Shown: one piece after another, positions 62,797-64,000 of the stretch | Position numbering within the stretch: the first letter of the stretch is position 1 | Layout: the number at the start of each line of letters is the position of its first letter | Assembly (NCBI GenBank): GCA_002269645.1 | Contig: NIVC01003604.1 | Span: forward strand, 1 to 64,000 | From: Macrostomum lignano | Taxonomy: Eukaryota | Reading direction: 5' to 3' | DNA: 64,000 nt | Made by a program: the position numbers and the translations under genes | The notes under the pieces: generated by a model | Databases searched by the model: none | Told to the model about the DNA's origin: nothing | The model's input: only the letters and a program-made list of their open reading frames with translations

Positions 62797-64000
62797 TTAC
62801 ACAGCGTCAAAAAAGCTTACAATGTAATTATCACGAATGTATAATGAACTTAAATAATTATACACACTAAGCTTATAAATGCCAATCGATTTTAAATTTT
62901 GACACACCACCAGCAGTTTAGGGCTTCCATCAACGATTGCCAAGCCCAATGGGTTGTCAAGTTTTCTTCCACCACTGCCAGTCTGACCTTCGACTGCGAC
63001 AGTCCGCAGCACAGTGCAGTCACTCTGCACCAAACGAACCACATGCCCTGAACTCTCGCTGACAAACAGCAGACCTGACCGATGAGCCGCGACACCAACA
63101 GGTCCACGAAACTTTTCAAGAGGGCTTCGCTTAGTAGGGTAGGCTGAGATCAGCTGACCGCTGGTGACACATTGTAGAGCTTGCCACCTTCATAGTCAGT
63201 GAGCAGCAGTGCGTTGTCAATTACAGACATGCCCTCGACATATTTACCAGAGGAACTAATACCAACCAAGTTAATTCTGGCCAGCAGCTGACCGCTGTCT
63301 TTATCGATGCACAGCACTGACCATTCTGGTTTGCCGTTGCTCAAAGCAAATATCTTGTCAGAGCTGCAGGCCAAGGAAAAAGTTGACTGGCCCTCCTAGG
63401 TTGCTCGAGTTGAAGACCTGCGTTACGCAGCCGCTCAGGGCCGTCACCTTTACTTCATCAAACTGAGCGACATAAAGAGTGTGTCGCTTGCTGTCACAGC
63501 AGAGTCCTACAACAGTTTTTGAGGTATCAATGTAGAGCTGCAGCCCGGCTTTCACTAAGCCCTCGATTGAGCAGGCAAGGTGGTTTATCTTATCATTAAG
63601 ATGAAAACTAATGAAGAGACACGGCTATGGCAGCTCTCTGTCAGGGCCCTGTTTGACCACATTGCTCTGAGAATCCACGTAAAAGCCTTGCGTGTTTCTG
63701 CATGATGACACATAATATATGGAGAACCCGGCAGATCTTTTATCATAGATTGAAACTCACAGATTGGCTGATCTGCACTAAGAGACTCTGCTGACTCGCA
63801 CAGCTGCATCACATCACTCAGGTGTTTGTCAATCAGCAGCTGCAAGTCTCTCACACAGCCGCTCACATCGCCTACAGTCCTTCCAGTGCCTCGCTCAGAG
63901 TCTTCGGTAATAGACGTGCCAAATACCATCTGTAACTCGTTACTCTCAATATCGAATGCGCCAGAAATCTCAAACAGTTGAGATTTCAGCGAGTCCACAG
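62797..64000 (-). pseudogene. Disrupted beta-propeller family copy C; the 5' end lies beyond the right edge
   Basis: Colinear with copies A and B but with several small indels (e.g. extra AT near 63715), a net 43-codon deletion in the coiled coil, and TAA changed to TAT at the native stop. Some indels could be read errors. Confidence 0.75.

Overview
Animal genomic DNA with spliceosomal introns and very dense minisatellites. The style suggests a free-living flatworm such as Macrostomum; this is inference only. From left to right: (1) the right-hand ~5.85 kb of a Polinton/Maverick-type endogenous element, with a frameshifted protein-primed polB running off the window edge, an internal satellite, a Cys/His- and polyproline-rich accessory ORF, and a terminus ending ACTACT; (2) a 6-exon ankyrin-repeat gene (+); (3) a 2-exon prominin-like gene (-); (4) an intronless divergent rhodopsin-class GPCR (+); (5) a run of co-oriented minus-strand genes: XPNPEP3 (4 exons), TEX10/Ipi1 (4 exons), and a truncated eIF4A-like gene that has lost its catalytic motifs (3 exons); (6) a tandem cluster of Zn-finger/coiled-coil/beta-propeller (TRIM-NHL-like, RING-less) genes with two intact copies, one disrupted copy and two fragments, whose variation concentrates in predicted propeller loops. 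Interspersed are two hAT-type elements with 8-bp TSDs, a Tc1/mariner-type MITE, an internally deleted mariner, a THAP/P-element relic, two tRNA-derived SINE families and about 30 tandem arrays. The best candidates for new biology are the spliced, open-reading, single-domain eIF4A pseudo-helicase and the diversifying propeller gene family that shares an upstream module with it. All exon models were built by hand from splice signals and reading-frame phase; no database searches were run.
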